Source: Candidatus Binatia bacterium
Lineage (GTDB): Bacteria > Desulfobacterota > Binatia > Bin18
Assembly: GCA_963664395.2 (NCBI GenBank)
Contig: OY761159.2
Coordinates: 3,008,001-3,072,000 of the forward strand
Reading direction: 5' to 3'
DNA: 64,000 bases
The notes below the pieces were generated by a model. That model saw only the letters and a program-made list of their open reading frames with translations, was not told the DNA's origin and ran no database searches. Below are positions 1 to 9,346 of the stretch, one piece after another (position 1 is the first letter of the stretch; every line of letters begins with the position of its first letter). Both the position numbers and the translations under genes were made by a program.

Positions 1-333
1 GTCCGCCACATTCGCAGTCGCTATGGGTGCGCCATCGACGAGCGCCGTTGCTGCAATCATGCAATCGATCAATGAGCCGCGCCGCCTGCCCGACTCATTA
101 AATAAACGGGCGGCAATCGTAGCGTGCTTCGGCATGAAGTCTCGGCGCTGTCCGACGATTTCAGTGGCCAATTCCATCTCGGAGCGGTCAAGTGGGCCGC
201 ACAGGAACTCTGCCCAGGCGACTGTACTCATTACCAGTGTTTCGCCCTCTTCAATCCAGATTCGCAGTTTGCGATCTTCAGGTGATCCCGGTTTCAGGGC
301 TTGGATCAGAAAGCTCGTGTCCAAGTGGATCAT
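1..333 (-). CDS. VapC-like PIN-domain toxin (3' end outside the window)
   Basis: Not in the ORF track. My translation from the ATG at 333 reads MIHLDTSFLIQAL...AWAEFLCG...SLIDCMIAATAL, which has the PIN acidic motifs. It has an ATGA overlap with the upstream antitoxin. Confidence 0.88.
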   Translation of the reverse strand, partial: MIHLDTSFLIQALKPGSPEDRKLRIWIEEGETLVMSTVAWAEFLCGPLDRSEMELATEIVGQRRDFMPKHATIAARLFNESGRRRGSLIDCMIAATALVDGAPIATANVAD

Positions 334-614
334 TGAGACTTGGAAGATAACCGCGGAGCAGCCGCTTGGCGCTCAGTATTGAGAGTCCGCGCCCATTGTG
401 TGACATTGACCTTGCGCTTACATAGAGAAGCCTGCAATTGGTCAAGAGCGCTGAGCGCCACACCGCTCTCCGGCTCCCACTCCATCGCTGCTCTTCGAAT
501 AGCACGCCGCAACACTTCGGACTTCGACACCTTCCAGCGTTGTGCCAACGCCTCCAGTGTGTTTACGGATTCGACATCCAGCGAATATGTCGATTTGATG
601 GTTTGTGTAGCCAT
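330..614 (-). CDS. Ribbon-helix-helix (CopG-like) antitoxin
   Basis: STYSLD...LEALAQRWKVSKSEVLRRAI matches the RHH pattern; translationally coupled to the PIN toxin. Confidence 0.85.
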   Translation of the reverse strand: MATQTIKSTYSLDVESVNTLEALAQRWKVSKSEVLRRAIRRAAMEWEPESGVALSALDQLQASLCKRKVNVTQWARTLNTERQAAAPRLSSKSQ

Positions 615-684
615 GAGGATAATGTATTACCGTCCTCAAGTCGCGTCAATCTTGTTGGGTATTAGGAGGAAGGGCAACCCAAGG

Positions 685-1422
685 TTACGCTGTATACCCG
701 AGCGCGTTCAGGTAGGCTTGCACACTTGATACCAGCCCCATATCGAGCGCGTCGCAAATCAGCGCGTGGCCAATGGACACTTCGAGCAGACCGGGTAAAT
801 GCTCCACAAGGTAAGGCAGATTATCCAAGTTGAGATCGTGCCCGGCATTCAGACCCAGGCCGGCTTCTTGCGCCGCTTGGGCGGCGGTGTGATACGCGGC
901 ATAGGCGTGGTCCTGCTCGGCACTGCCAAAGAGACGGGCGTAGCGTTCCGTATAGAGTTCGATCCGGTCTGCGCCGACCTCTTTTGCTCGTCTCACCTGG
1001 TCTCTATCCGGATCGAGAAAAAGACTGGTCCGTATGCCGTTGGCGTGTAAACGCCGCAACACCTCGCCGAGCCAAGTCGTATCACCCCGCAAATCCCAGC
1101 CGGCGTTTGAGGTGAGCACGTCCGGCGGATCGGGCACCAGGGTGCACTGGGTCGGTTGCACCTGGCAGACCAGGTCCAGAAACTCGGTCGAAGGATAGCC
1201 CTCAATGTTGAATTCAGTGCTGCTGTGGTCCGCGAGCAGGGCGGCTATGTCTCGCACGTCCTGATAACGAATATGGCGACCGTCCGGGCGTGGATGCAGG
1301 GTGATGCCGTGGCAGCCGGCGTCAATACACGTTTGGGCGGCGTGAACGACATTCGGCTGGTCGCCGCCCCGAGCATTGCGCAGGGTGGCGATTTTATTGA
1401 CGTTGACACTGAGTTTGATCAT
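685..1422 (-). CDS. pdxJ: Pyridoxine 5'-phosphate synthase
   Basis: Motifs LSVNVNKIATLRNARG, HPRPDGRHI, GLNAGHDL and EVSIGHALI. Confidence 0.97.
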   Translation of the reverse strand: MIKLSVNVNKIATLRNARGGDQPNVVHAAQTCIDAGCHGITLHPRPDGRHIRYQDVRDIAALLADHSSTEFNIEGYPSTEFLDLVCQVQPTQCTLVPDPPDVLTSNAGWDLRGDTTWLGEVLRRLHANGIRTSLFLDPDRDQVRRAKEVGADRIELYTERYARLFGSAEQDHAYAAYHTAAQAAQEAGLGLNAGHDLNLDNLPYLVEHLPGLLEVSIGHALICDALDMGLVSSVQAYLNALGYTA

Positions 1423-1564
1423 GGCGACTATGACGTAACGCGGACTTGACGTGACCTTGGCGCGTGGAAGTGTACCTCACCACGCAGGGAAAAGGGCTGT
1501 ACGGGCCGTCTCGATTTTTCTAGTATTATGTCTCCCGCACCAAAATAGAAAGGGTAATAACGTT

Positions 1565-2758
1565 ATGGATACCTATCTGCAAGAACTTGCCAGCCGCCTG
1601 GTTGGCTATGACACCGTGAGTCAAAAGAGCAATGTCGAAGCCATGGCCTACCTTGGCAATCATTTGGAGGAGCACGGCTTTCGGGTTGCCTTGCAGCGTG
1701 CAGAGGTCGCCGGGGTGCCCAAAGCGAATCTGATCGCTTTCGCCGGACCTCCCGAGCCGGACGGCCTGATTCTCTCCGGCCATGTGGATACGGTCCCGTT
1801 TCTTGACCAGCCCGGCTGGACACGCGACCCCCTGACCCTTGGCGTGGAGGATGATCGTGTCTACGGACGCGGCACATCGGATATGAAAATTTTTTTGGCA
1901 CAGTGTGTGGACGCCGCGGCCGCCCTCGACCTTAAACGGCTCAAACGACCGGTGGTTTTTCTGTTTACCGCGGATGAGGAAGTGGGCTGTCTGGGCGCGG
2001 AACGCCTCATGCCTGAGTTGTCTGACCTGTTGGGCGATATCCCCAAGCCCCGCCTGGCCTGGATCGGTGAGCCGACTTCGTACAAAGTCTTTCATACCCA
2101 TAAAGGGGTAGCGGTTTTCTCGATTAGCGTCCGCGGTCTGGGCGGCCATAGCAGTATACCCGAGACTGGAGTGAACGCGATTGCGGTTGCCGGAAAGGTC
2201 ATAAACACGATTGGTCAGTATCAGGCCGAATTGCGCGCCGCCCCGTCTGCCGAATTTGCCGAGCTGTTCCCGGACTCTCCGTATCCGACGCTGAACTTCG
2301 GATTGGTGCGCGGCGGGACTGCGGGCAATATGATTGCCGAGCAATGCACGGTTCAAGTCAGCTACCGGCCCCTGCCCAAGGCCGACCCGCTCGACTGTCT
2401 GCACGAGATTACCCGTCGGGTCCAAGCCCTTGAATTGGTTGATTTCAGCGGTTCTGCACATCAGGCCAGTATCGAGTTCTCAGAGCCGCTCGTGGTGCCG
2501 CCGCTGTTCTCGCCGCGGGAAACCCCTCTCGAAGGCGTATTATTTGACGTGGTCGGCCAACAGACCAGTAGTGGTGCGCCGTTTGCGACCGATGGCTGTC
2601 AGTTTGCCTCAGGCGGTATCGCATCTCTAATTTGTGGGCCCGGCGATCTTGACCAGGCCCACCAGCCCAATGAGAGTATCCGGCGGGAGACCTTCGAGAA
2701 TGGGACGGGCCGCATTCTGTCTGTCATTGAAAAATTCTGTATGGCTGAGCGGTCCTAG
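1565..2758 (+). CDS. argE: Acetylornithine deacetylase (M20, bacterial ArgE type)
   Basis: Motifs LSGHVDTVP, GRGTSDMK, DEEVGCLGA, GEPT and QAHQPNE; start taken at MDTYLQ. Confidence 0.85.
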   Translation: MDTYLQELASRLVGYDTVSQKSNVEAMAYLGNHLEEHGFRVALQRAEVAGVPKANLIAFAGPPEPDGLILSGHVDTVPFLDQPGWTRDPLTLGVEDDRVYGRGTSDMKIFLAQCVDAAAALDLKRLKRPVVFLFTADEEVGCLGAERLMPELSDLLGDIPKPRLAWIGEPTSYKVFHTHKGVAVFSISVRGLGGHSSIPETGVNAIAVAGKVINTIGQYQAELRAAPSAEFAELFPDSPYPTLNFGLVRGGTAGNMIAEQCTVQVSYRPLPKADPLDCLHEITRRVQALELVDFSGSAHQASIEFSEPLVVPPLFSPRETPLEGVLFDVVGQQTSSGAPFATDGCQFASGGIASLICGPGDLDQAHQPNESIRRETFENGTGRILSVIEKFCMAERS

Positions 2759-2767
2759 GAGCGAACC

Positions 2768-3403
2768 ATGTCAGTGCATGAGAGTCGCCATCCTTTAGTG
2801 CGACATAAAATCGGTCTACTCCGAGAGGCCGAAACCGGACCAAAGCTCTTTCGTGAATTGACCGCAGAGCTGGCGATGCTACTCACCTATGAGGCGCTGC
2901 GCGACCTTGCGACTGAAAGGAAAATGATCCAGGGCTGGGCCGGAGCGGTTGAGGTGGATCATCTGAGAGTTGACCTGTTGACGCTTGTCCCAATCTTACG
3001 GGCCGGACTGGGCCTCTTACCCGGTGTGCTTCAGATTCTGCCCCACATCGACGTGAGTCTTGTGGGTTTGTATCGGAATGAAGAAACCTTGGAACCGGTG
3101 CCCTATTTTGAAAAGCTGGTTGACCGCATGCCCGAGCGGACCGCGCTTATTATTGACCCGATGTTGGGAACCGGTGGCACCTGTAGCGCAACGATAGACA
3201 TGTTAAAGAAAGCCGGCTGCCGGTCCATACGGGCGCTTTGCCTGGTGGCTGTCCCGGAAGGGCTGACCCGCCTGGCGGCAAGCCACCCGGACGTTGACGT
3301 GTATACGGCAGCCATTGACGACCGCCTCAACGAGATTGGCTATATCGTTCCTGGTCTGGGCGATGCGGGTGATCGGATCTTTGGGACGCCGAAGGGCGGC
3401 TGA
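2768..3403 (+). CDS. upp: Uracil phosphoribosyltransferase
   Basis: Motifs [23 protein letters not shown] and [16 protein letters not shown]. Confidence 0.97.
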   Translation: MSVHESRHPLVRHKIGLLREAETGPKLFRELTAELAMLLTYEALRDLATERKMIQGWAGAVEVDHLRVDLLTLVPILRAGLGLLPGVLQILPHIDVSLVGLYRNEETLEPVPYFEKLVDRMPERTALIIDPMLGTGGTCSATIDMLKKAGCRSIRALCLVAVPEGLTRLAASHPDVDVYTAAIDDRLNEIGYIVPGLGDAGDRIFGTPKGG

Positions 3404-3447
3404 AGTCAGGCCTTGTATCTGTGAGTGACAAAAGAAAGGAAGAAGCA

Positions 3448-4335
3448 ATGAAATTCGCATTAGTCGGAGTCGGCAGTGGATCAACCGTTCGGCCTGAGCC
3501 CTTAACGGAAGTGGCCCAAAAGGCAGAAGCGCTCGGCTATGAGTCCGTATGGATTCCCGAACACCTGGCCGTACCGGTTGAAATGCAGGCTCGCTATCCG
3601 GGTTCTGCGGACGGAAAATTTCCCGGCGGGCCGGGCGTCAATCTGCACGACCCGTTTGTGGCCCTGTCCTTTGTGGCGGCCCACACCACAACGATTAAGC
3701 TGGGAACCGGAGTCTTTGTGCTTCCCCTGCGTAATACGCTGGCGGTGGCCAAAGCCGTGGCGAGCTTGGATGTCTTGTCGCGGGGACGGGTGATCTTTGG
3801 GATTGGCGTGGGCTGGTGCGAAGAGGAATTTGACGCGGTAGGGATGCCGTTTCGTGACCGGGCCGCGCGTACGCGTGAAGCGGTCAAAGTCATGCGCGCC
3901 CTGTGGACTGAAGAGACTCCGCAGTTTTCCGGGAAATTTCATGACTTTAAGCCGATCGGATTTAATCCCAAGCCGGTCCAGGACCCCTATCCGCCGCTCG
4001 TTTTTGGAGGAGAGAGTCGGGCCGCCCTCAAGCGTGCGGCTGAGTTGGCGGACGGCTGGTGCGGGATTCGCTATACTCCTGAGAGCGTTAAGCCGTATGT
4101 GACGCAGTTAAAAGAACTGACCCGGCAGGCCGGCCGGGATTTCTCCCAATTTGAGATTACCGTCGGGCTTGAGCCCGGCGTTCAGCCGACGCTGGATAGC
4201 GTGAAACAGTTCGAAGACGCCGGGGTGCATCGCCTGTTCGTGTTTGCTCCAGGCTGGCTGCCGCGTCGGAAATTTCACACCGACCTGTATCCGCAGATGG
4301 AAGCCTTTGCCAACGAGGTGATGGCCAAGCTGTGA
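3448..4335 (+). CDS. LLM-class, probably F420-dependent oxidoreductase (Rv2161c-like)
   Basis: Motifs ESVWIPEHLAVP, DPFVALSFVAAHT and SLDVLSRGRVIFGIGVGW. Confidence 0.85.
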   Translation: MKFALVGVGSGSTVRPEPLTEVAQKAEALGYESVWIPEHLAVPVEMQARYPGSADGKFPGGPGVNLHDPFVALSFVAAHTTTIKLGTGVFVLPLRNTLAVAKAVASLDVLSRGRVIFGIGVGWCEEEFDAVGMPFRDRAARTREAVKVMRALWTEETPQFSGKFHDFKPIGFNPKPVQDPYPPLVFGGESRAALKRAAELADGWCGIRYTPESVKPYVTQLKELTRQAGRDFSQFEITVGLEPGVQPTLDSVKQFEDAGVHRLFVFAPGWLPRRKFHTDLYPQMEAFANEVMAKL

Positions 4336-4349
4336 CGGACGGTTCAACG

Positions 4350-4378
4350 TGGTCAAAGTAGTCATGGTGGTCATGATA
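4350..4378. repeat. Degenerate 9-bp tandem repeat
   Basis: GTGGTCAAA GTAGTCATG GTGGTCATG between two LLM genes. Confidence 0.45.
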
Positions 4379-4396
4379 CCAAGTGGAGGATAACGT

Positions 4397-5386
4397 ATGG
4401 CGAAAGAGCAGATATCGCGTCGGACCTTTCTCAAGAATACCAGCGCAGTGGTGACCGCAGCCGCAGTAGCCGGCAATCTTGCTCAGCTTCGATCGGCTGA
4501 GGCTGCGACTGCGGCAGAATCTACCGGTCGGCTCCGGTTCGGAGTGCAAACCCCGCCGCAGCATGTGCCCTACAGTCAAGTGCAGGACGTATGGCTGGAA
4601 GCTGACGAACTTGACTATGATAGCGCCTTTGGTTTTGATCATTTTCTGCCTATTTTTTCCGATCCAACCGGCCCGTGTCTGGAAGGCTGGACCTTGCTCG
4701 CGGCGCTTGCCGCTCAGACGAAGCGGTTGAAAACCGGCCTGCTCGTCACTGGCAATACGTATCGTCATCCGGCATTGCTCGCCAAAATGGCGGCAACGGT
4801 CGATCACGTGAGTGGCGGGCGCCTGATTCTGGGGATGGGTGCAGGCTGGTTTCAACTGGAGCACGACGCGTTTGGAATCCCGTTTTACACGCCGGGCGGG
4901 CGGGCACGCCGGCTCGTCGAATCTGTCGAACTCATTAAAATGCTCTTCACCCAGGAAAAGACAACGTATGCGGGCAAATACTATCAGGTCAAAGATGCCT
5001 CGTTTGAGCCCAAGCCGCTCCAGAAACCCTATCCGCCGATTTTGATTGGTGGAATGGGACCCAAGGTAGTCCAGCCGCTGGTCGCCCGACATGCCGACAT
5101 CTGGCATTTCTTTGTGCGCCAAGGGGGAGCCGAAGCTGCCAAAAAGGTCGCTGTAAAATTTGACGCCATCTGCAAAGAGGTCGGGCGCGACCCCGCCGAG
5201 ATACAGAAGTCTACATCGCTCAGTCCTGAGCAGCTCAAACAGTCGCCTGATACTGTCAAAGCAGTGGTCCAGGCGTATGCGGACGCTGGAGTGCAGTATT
5301 TCATTGTGTCGATGTATCCCGACTACGATATGGCGTCCTTCCGTCGCTTTGCCAAAGAGGTCATGCCGGCATTCCGTCAGGCGTAG
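4397..5386 (+). CDS. Tat-signal LLM-class F420-dependent oxidoreductase (Rv1855c-like)
   Basis: N-terminal SRRTFLK, a hydrophobic stretch and AEA, followed by DHFLP...EGWTLLAALA...VTGNTYRHPALLAKMAATVDHVSGGRL. Confidence 0.85.
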   Translation: MAKEQISRRTFLKNTSAVVTAAAVAGNLAQLRSAEAATAAESTGRLRFGVQTPPQHVPYSQVQDVWLEADELDYDSAFGFDHFLPIFSDPTGPCLEGWTLLAALAAQTKRLKTGLLVTGNTYRHPALLAKMAATVDHVSGGRLILGMGAGWFQLEHDAFGIPFYTPGGRARRLVESVELIKMLFTQEKTTYAGKYYQVKDASFEPKPLQKPYPPILIGGMGPKVVQPLVARHADIWHFFVRQGGAEAAKKVAVKFDAICKEVGRDPAEIQKSTSLSPEQLKQSPDTVKAVVQAYADAGVQYFIVSMYPDYDMASFRRFAKEVMPAFRQA

Positions 5387-5392
5387 CAGCGT

Positions 5393-6583
5393 ATGCAAAC
5401 GAGAATTCCGGCGGTTTTTATGCGCGGCGGGACCAGCCGGGCGGTCTGCTTCCGAGAGGAGGTCTTGGCTCCCTATCCGCCGCCCGTGCGTGACCGTATT
5501 ATCCTGGCCGCCCTGGGCAGTCCCGATGTTTACGGTCGTCAAATAGACGGCCTCGGCGGTGGGATTTCTTCTCTCAGCAAAGTCGTGATTGTGGGCCGGA
5601 GTCTGGCTGCCGACATCGATGTGACTTTCACCTTTGGTCAGGTTGACGTGCGGACGCCCCACATCGACTGGAGCGGCACCTGTGGCAATATGTCGGCGGC
5701 GGTCGGGCCGTTTGCCATTGATGAGGGCATTGTCCCCGCGGTAGAGCCGGTGACCACAGTCCGCGTGTTCTCGACCAATACGGGTAAACGCTATGTCGCC
5801 CGTGTCCCGGTCTGCGCCGGCCAGGCTGCGGTTGAGGGCGAGTATCGTATTGACGGCGTACCTGCTCCAGGGGCGTGTATTACCCTGGAATACCCGGACC
5901 CGGGTGGCTCGCTCGGCGGAGGGTTGTTGCCCACCGGCCTGCCCCGCCAGCGGTGCGAACTGGCGGACTCACGTGTTGTGACGATCTCGGTTGTGGACGC
6001 CACGATTCCGACGGTCTTCGTTCGTGCCCTTGAGCTGGGTGCCGATGCCACGCAGCTCGCGCCTACACTCGATGCAGCGCAGGCCTTGCAGCAGACCTTG
6101 GAAGAGATTCGGTGCAAATCGGCTATTCTGCTTGGCCTCACCCCGAGTCTTGAGGAGGCTCACGAGAAGTTTCAACATACGCCAAAAGTCGTTTTGGTCG
6201 CCCCACCAGCAGCGTATGCCACAAGTAGTGGAAAAAGGGTGGAGGCGGAAAGCATGGACCTGTTGGCCCGTGCAATTTCCATGCGCAACACGCACCGCAC
6301 CTTTCCGGGGACGGTCGCGATGTGTACCGCTCTTGCCGCTCAGGTTGAAGGCACCGTCGTGTACGAAGTTGCCCGGCGGACGGCCACACACGACATCCGG
6401 ATCGGGCATCCCGCCGGAGTCATGGAGGTCGGGGCGACGGTCTCACGCCAGGGCGGAGAGTGGTACGCCGAGCGGGTGACAACGAAGCGGACGGCGCGGC
6501 GTATTATGGAAGGGTCTATCCTGGTGCCACAAAAATATCTGGACGGCACAGTCTGGTTTGAGGGGGAGAGGGGAGAAACATAG
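5393..6583 (+). CDS. PrpF/FldA-family isomerase
   Basis: Motifs FMRGGTSRA, QIDGLGGG, CGNMSAAVGPFA, IGHPAG and RTARRIMEG. Confidence 0.9.
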   Translation: MQTRIPAVFMRGGTSRAVCFREEVLAPYPPPVRDRIILAALGSPDVYGRQIDGLGGGISSLSKVVIVGRSLAADIDVTFTFGQVDVRTPHIDWSGTCGNMSAAVGPFAIDEGIVPAVEPVTTVRVFSTNTGKRYVARVPVCAGQAAVEGEYRIDGVPAPGACITLEYPDPGGSLGGGLLPTGLPRQRCELADSRVVTISVVDATIPTVFVRALELGADATQLAPTLDAAQALQQTLEEIRCKSAILLGLTPSLEEAHEKFQHTPKVVLVAPPAAYATSSGKRVEAESMDLLARAISMRNTHRTFPGTVAMCTALAAQVEGTVVYEVARRTATHDIRIGHPAGVMEVGATVSRQGGEWYAERVTTKRTARRIMEGSILVPQKYLDGTVWFEGERGET

Positions 6584-6606
6584 GGGCGAAGCAAAATGCT
6601 TCGCCC
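6581..6606. repeat. REP-like palindrome overlapping the stop codon
   Basis: TAG-GGGCGAAGCA-AAA-TGCTTCGCCC between convergent genes. Confidence 0.65.
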
Positions 6607-6637
6607 AAGCCGGCTTCGTCTTCTTGAGACACTCAGA

Positions 6638-7099
6638 TCAACCTGAACAGTCCTGCATTAACTCCAAGGTCGTGCCATCCGGATCACGAAAATACACGGC
6701 CTTGACCTTCCCGTAGCCTTCCCCCTCCAGATCAAACATCTGTGGAGGTGAATAAAACTCAACTCCCTTGGCGCTCAGGTCCTGGTAGGTCTTTTCAATA
6801 TCCTTGACCCAAAACGCAACCTCTGTGATACCGGGGTTGGCAAGTCCCGGATACGGTTTGCCCGTGTCGCCCGGCTCAATGAAGTGCAGGAGTTCAATCG
6901 GCGGACCTTTGGGGTCATCTTCGTAACGCAGGTAGACGGCGCGCAGTTTTGTATTAGGCACCTGCGTGACCGTGCTTGCCTCTTCCCCTGCAATGGTCAC
7001 ATCACCGATGACCTTGAGTCCAAGCGTGTCCCGGTAAAACTCAACTGCCCGGTCCATATTCCGAACGGTAATCCCAACATGTGCAACAGCTCCGAGCAT
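6638..7099 (-). CDS. VOC/glyoxalase-family protein
   Basis: HVGITVRNMDRAVEFYRDTLG...YFRDPDGTTLEL; GGAGG RBS upstream of the ATG at 7099. Confidence 0.9.
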   Translation of the reverse strand: MLGAVAHVGITVRNMDRAVEFYRDTLGLKVIGDVTIAGEEASTVTQVPNTKLRAVYLRYEDDPKGPPIELLHFIEPGDTGKPYPGLANPGITEVAFWVKDIEKTYQDLSAKGVEFYSPPQMFDLEGEGYGKVKAVYFRDPDGTTLELMQDCSG

Positions 7100-7122
7100 A
7101 AGCGTTCCCTCCTTAGCATGAC

Positions 7123-7155
7123 TCCCCTCTTGGGAGGGGTGGCGCATAGCGCCGG
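7123..7155. repeat. Dispersed double-hairpin repeat, family A
   Basis: TCCCCTC-TTGG-GAGGGGT-GGCGC-ATA-GCGCC-GG; related copies at 14398, 14465 and 51373. Confidence 0.75.
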
Positions 7156-7232
7156 TTTCTTTGTTCCTAGCACAGTTCTCTGGCACAATGGGAGAGGACA
7201 GCGGCGATTATGTATGTTGGGCGTCCGGGAGC

Positions 7233-7718
7233 TTACAACCCATACCCGGTCGTGACTTCAACCTGAATATTATCCGGGTCACGCACATACACCGAGCCTT
7301 TCTCACGCGAGCCATGGAGAGAATACGGCACCCGCTTTTCGTCCAGACTATTGAGCAATGACTGAAACTGCTCAGGTGTCGCCTTGAGCGCAATATGGTG
7401 CATGCTGCCCACGCCCCGCACTGTTGGCTGGGTGTCTTTCTCCGGAAAATCAAAGAACGCCAGTTGGTTCCCGCCACCCATATCCAGAAAGATATGGGTG
7501 GACGTTGGCTCGTCACGATTTGTGATGACATTGGTCAGCCGCATGCCGATAACCTCGGTATAGAACTGCACCGTCTTCTCAAGGTCCAAACAGATCAGAG
7601 CCAGATGATCGACGCCGCCGGTATACTGCGGTGGCGGTTTGTCGTCTGAGGGATGTTTTGGGAGATATTTTTGCTTGAGCGTGTCCCGACGCACTTGATA
7701 GGTATTGAGGTCTGTCAT
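7233..7718 (-). CDS. VOC/glyoxalase-family protein
   Basis: Motifs GVDHLALIC, MHHIAL and YVRDPDNIQVE. Confidence 0.9.
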   Translation of the reverse strand: MTDLNTYQVRRDTLKQKYLPKHPSDDKPPPQYTGGVDHLALICLDLEKTVQFYTEVIGMRLTNVITNRDEPTSTHIFLDMGGGNQLAFFDFPEKDTQPTVRGVGSMHHIALKATPEQFQSLLNSLDEKRVPYSLHGSREKGSVYVRDPDNIQVEVTTGYGL

Positions 7719-7784
7719 GCTTTCCCCCTATGCCGCTTTTCTTTTGCGCGAAGTTTTCTTGTGTCCTTCCTGATGCAAAATTCC

Positions 7785-9326
7785 TTACAAGCGTTCCCAG
7801 TCCACACTTTGCTCAAACGCATACGCAACCTGAAAGAGCGTGCTCTCCTTCCACCGTCGGCCAACGAGCTGCAGGCCGATTGGTAAGCCGTCGCGCAGGC
7901 CGCAGGGCAGATTCAGCGCGGGGTGGCCTGATAAATTAAACGGACTGGTATTCTGGCCGGCTGCTGCGCTGCGCCGGACGAGATCTTTGAGTCCTAATCC
8001 GGCTTCGAGCCTTGGGGCGCGCATGGGCGTGGTGGGCATGGCAAGAATATCAACTTCCTGAAGAGCGCGTTCGATCTGTTGGGTGAAGCTGAGGCGGAGA
8101 TTCTGGGCCAGAGCGTAATAGCGATTGTTGTACTCGCGGCGGAGATAATTCCCAACCGGCAGAATGAGTTTCAGAAACGGTGGCAGGTCGTTGGCCCGGG
8201 CGCGGCGGGCGCGCCCAAAGGTTTCGACCCAGCCGACATTGCTCGCGCCGCCATGCCCGTAGCCTTCCCCGTCAGACTCGATCATGGCCGGGATCGAATG
8301 GCTGGCAATGCCCGTCCAAATGGCCCAGGCGTTTTTGAACATGGGCAGAGAAATTTCAGTGCAGGTGGCACCCAGGGTACCGAGCTGAGCGATTCCTTTT
8401 TGAAAGGCGTCAACAACTTCGGGCTCGACGGCCCGGCCTTCCAATCCTTCTTTGACAATCCCGATACGGAGCCCTTGAATGTCGGTTGTCAGCGCTTGGG
8501 TGTACGGCTCAGTCTGAATTGCACCGCGGACCCACTGGGGGTCACGCGGGTCGTCGCCGGCAATCACCTCAAGTGTCTGAGCAACCTCTTGGACGCTACG
8601 TGCCATAGGACAAATAAAGTCCAAAGTATGGTCCATATAGGTCAAGCCAAAAGAGGGCACGAGGCCATGCGTAGCTTTGATACTGGTAATGCCACACCAA
8701 GCCGCTGGGATACGGCCACTGCCGCCTTCATCCACCCCCAGGGCGATATCGACATCACCATTGGCAACCGCAGCGCCACTACCACCGGATGAACCACCCG
8801 GTGAGTGGTCCGGGTTTCGTGGGTTGCGGGCATAGCCGAACTCGCTGGTTTCCGCGGAAGGGGAGAGCGCGAAACTGTCCATATTGAGCTTACCGACGAT
8901 TTCAGCGCCAGCGTCTAACAGACGCTCGACTACAGTGGCGTCACAATCCGGCACATAGCCTTCCGCCAGCCGGGAGCCATTCGTCAGCGGAATGCCTGCC
9001 ACGGCGATGTTATCTTTCAGGCCGACTTTCTTACCGGCGAGCGGACCGCTGGATGCACCGGTGACACGACACTTGCGGATAAAAATATTATACGGATCTT
9101 CTTCTGGAGTAGGCCGATAACCGGGGTCGCGGTCGGTGTATTTTATGGGCCAGCGTGGCTGGGGCAGATCGTCCAGACGATCCAATGTACTGAGCAGCCC
9201 CTCGCTGAGCTCCTCAATGTCGAGCGCTTCCTGGGGTGTGAGGCGAAGATAGGACAGCGCGGCCAAATCAGACAATTCTTGGGCGCTCGGCCGCCTGATT
9301 TTCCCGGTTGAGCGGAGTCGTCGCAT
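7785..9326 (-). CDS. Amidase-signature family amidase
   Basis: Ser-cisSer-Lys motifs LKDNI, GGSSGGSG and GVDEGGSGRIPA. Confidence 0.93.
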   Translation of the reverse strand: MRRLRSTGKIRRPSAQELSDLAALSYLRLTPQEALDIEELSEGLLSTLDRLDDLPQPRWPIKYTDRDPGYRPTPEEDPYNIFIRKCRVTGASSGPLAGKKVGLKDNIAVAGIPLTNGSRLAEGYVPDCDATVVERLLDAGAEIVGKLNMDSFALSPSAETSEFGYARNPRNPDHSPGGSSGGSGAAVANGDVDIALGVDEGGSGRIPAAWCGITSIKATHGLVPSFGLTYMDHTLDFICPMARSVQEVAQTLEVIAGDDPRDPQWVRGAIQTEPYTQALTTDIQGLRIGIVKEGLEGRAVEPEVVDAFQKGIAQLGTLGATCTEISLPMFKNAWAIWTGIASHSIPAMIESDGEGYGHGGASNVGWVETFGRARRARANDLPPFLKLILPVGNYLRREYNNRYYALAQNLRLSFTQQIERALQEVDILAMPTTPMRAPRLEAGLGLKDLVRRSAAAGQNTSPFNLSGHPALNLPCGLRDGLPIGLQLVGRRWKESTLFQVAYAFEQSVDWERL

Positions 9327-9346
9327 AGGGGTGGTCCTTGCGCTTC

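Noticed and set aside
4157-5662. 501-aa antisense ORF
   Set aside because: Shadow of the LLM and PrpF-like genes in GC-rich DNA; no motifs.
6600-6640. Selenocysteine readthrough of the TGA ending the VOC gene and other TGA-ending genes
   Set aside because: The domains are already complete at the stop, and the nearby hairpin is a REP. No in-frame TGA was seen at a catalytic Cys position.
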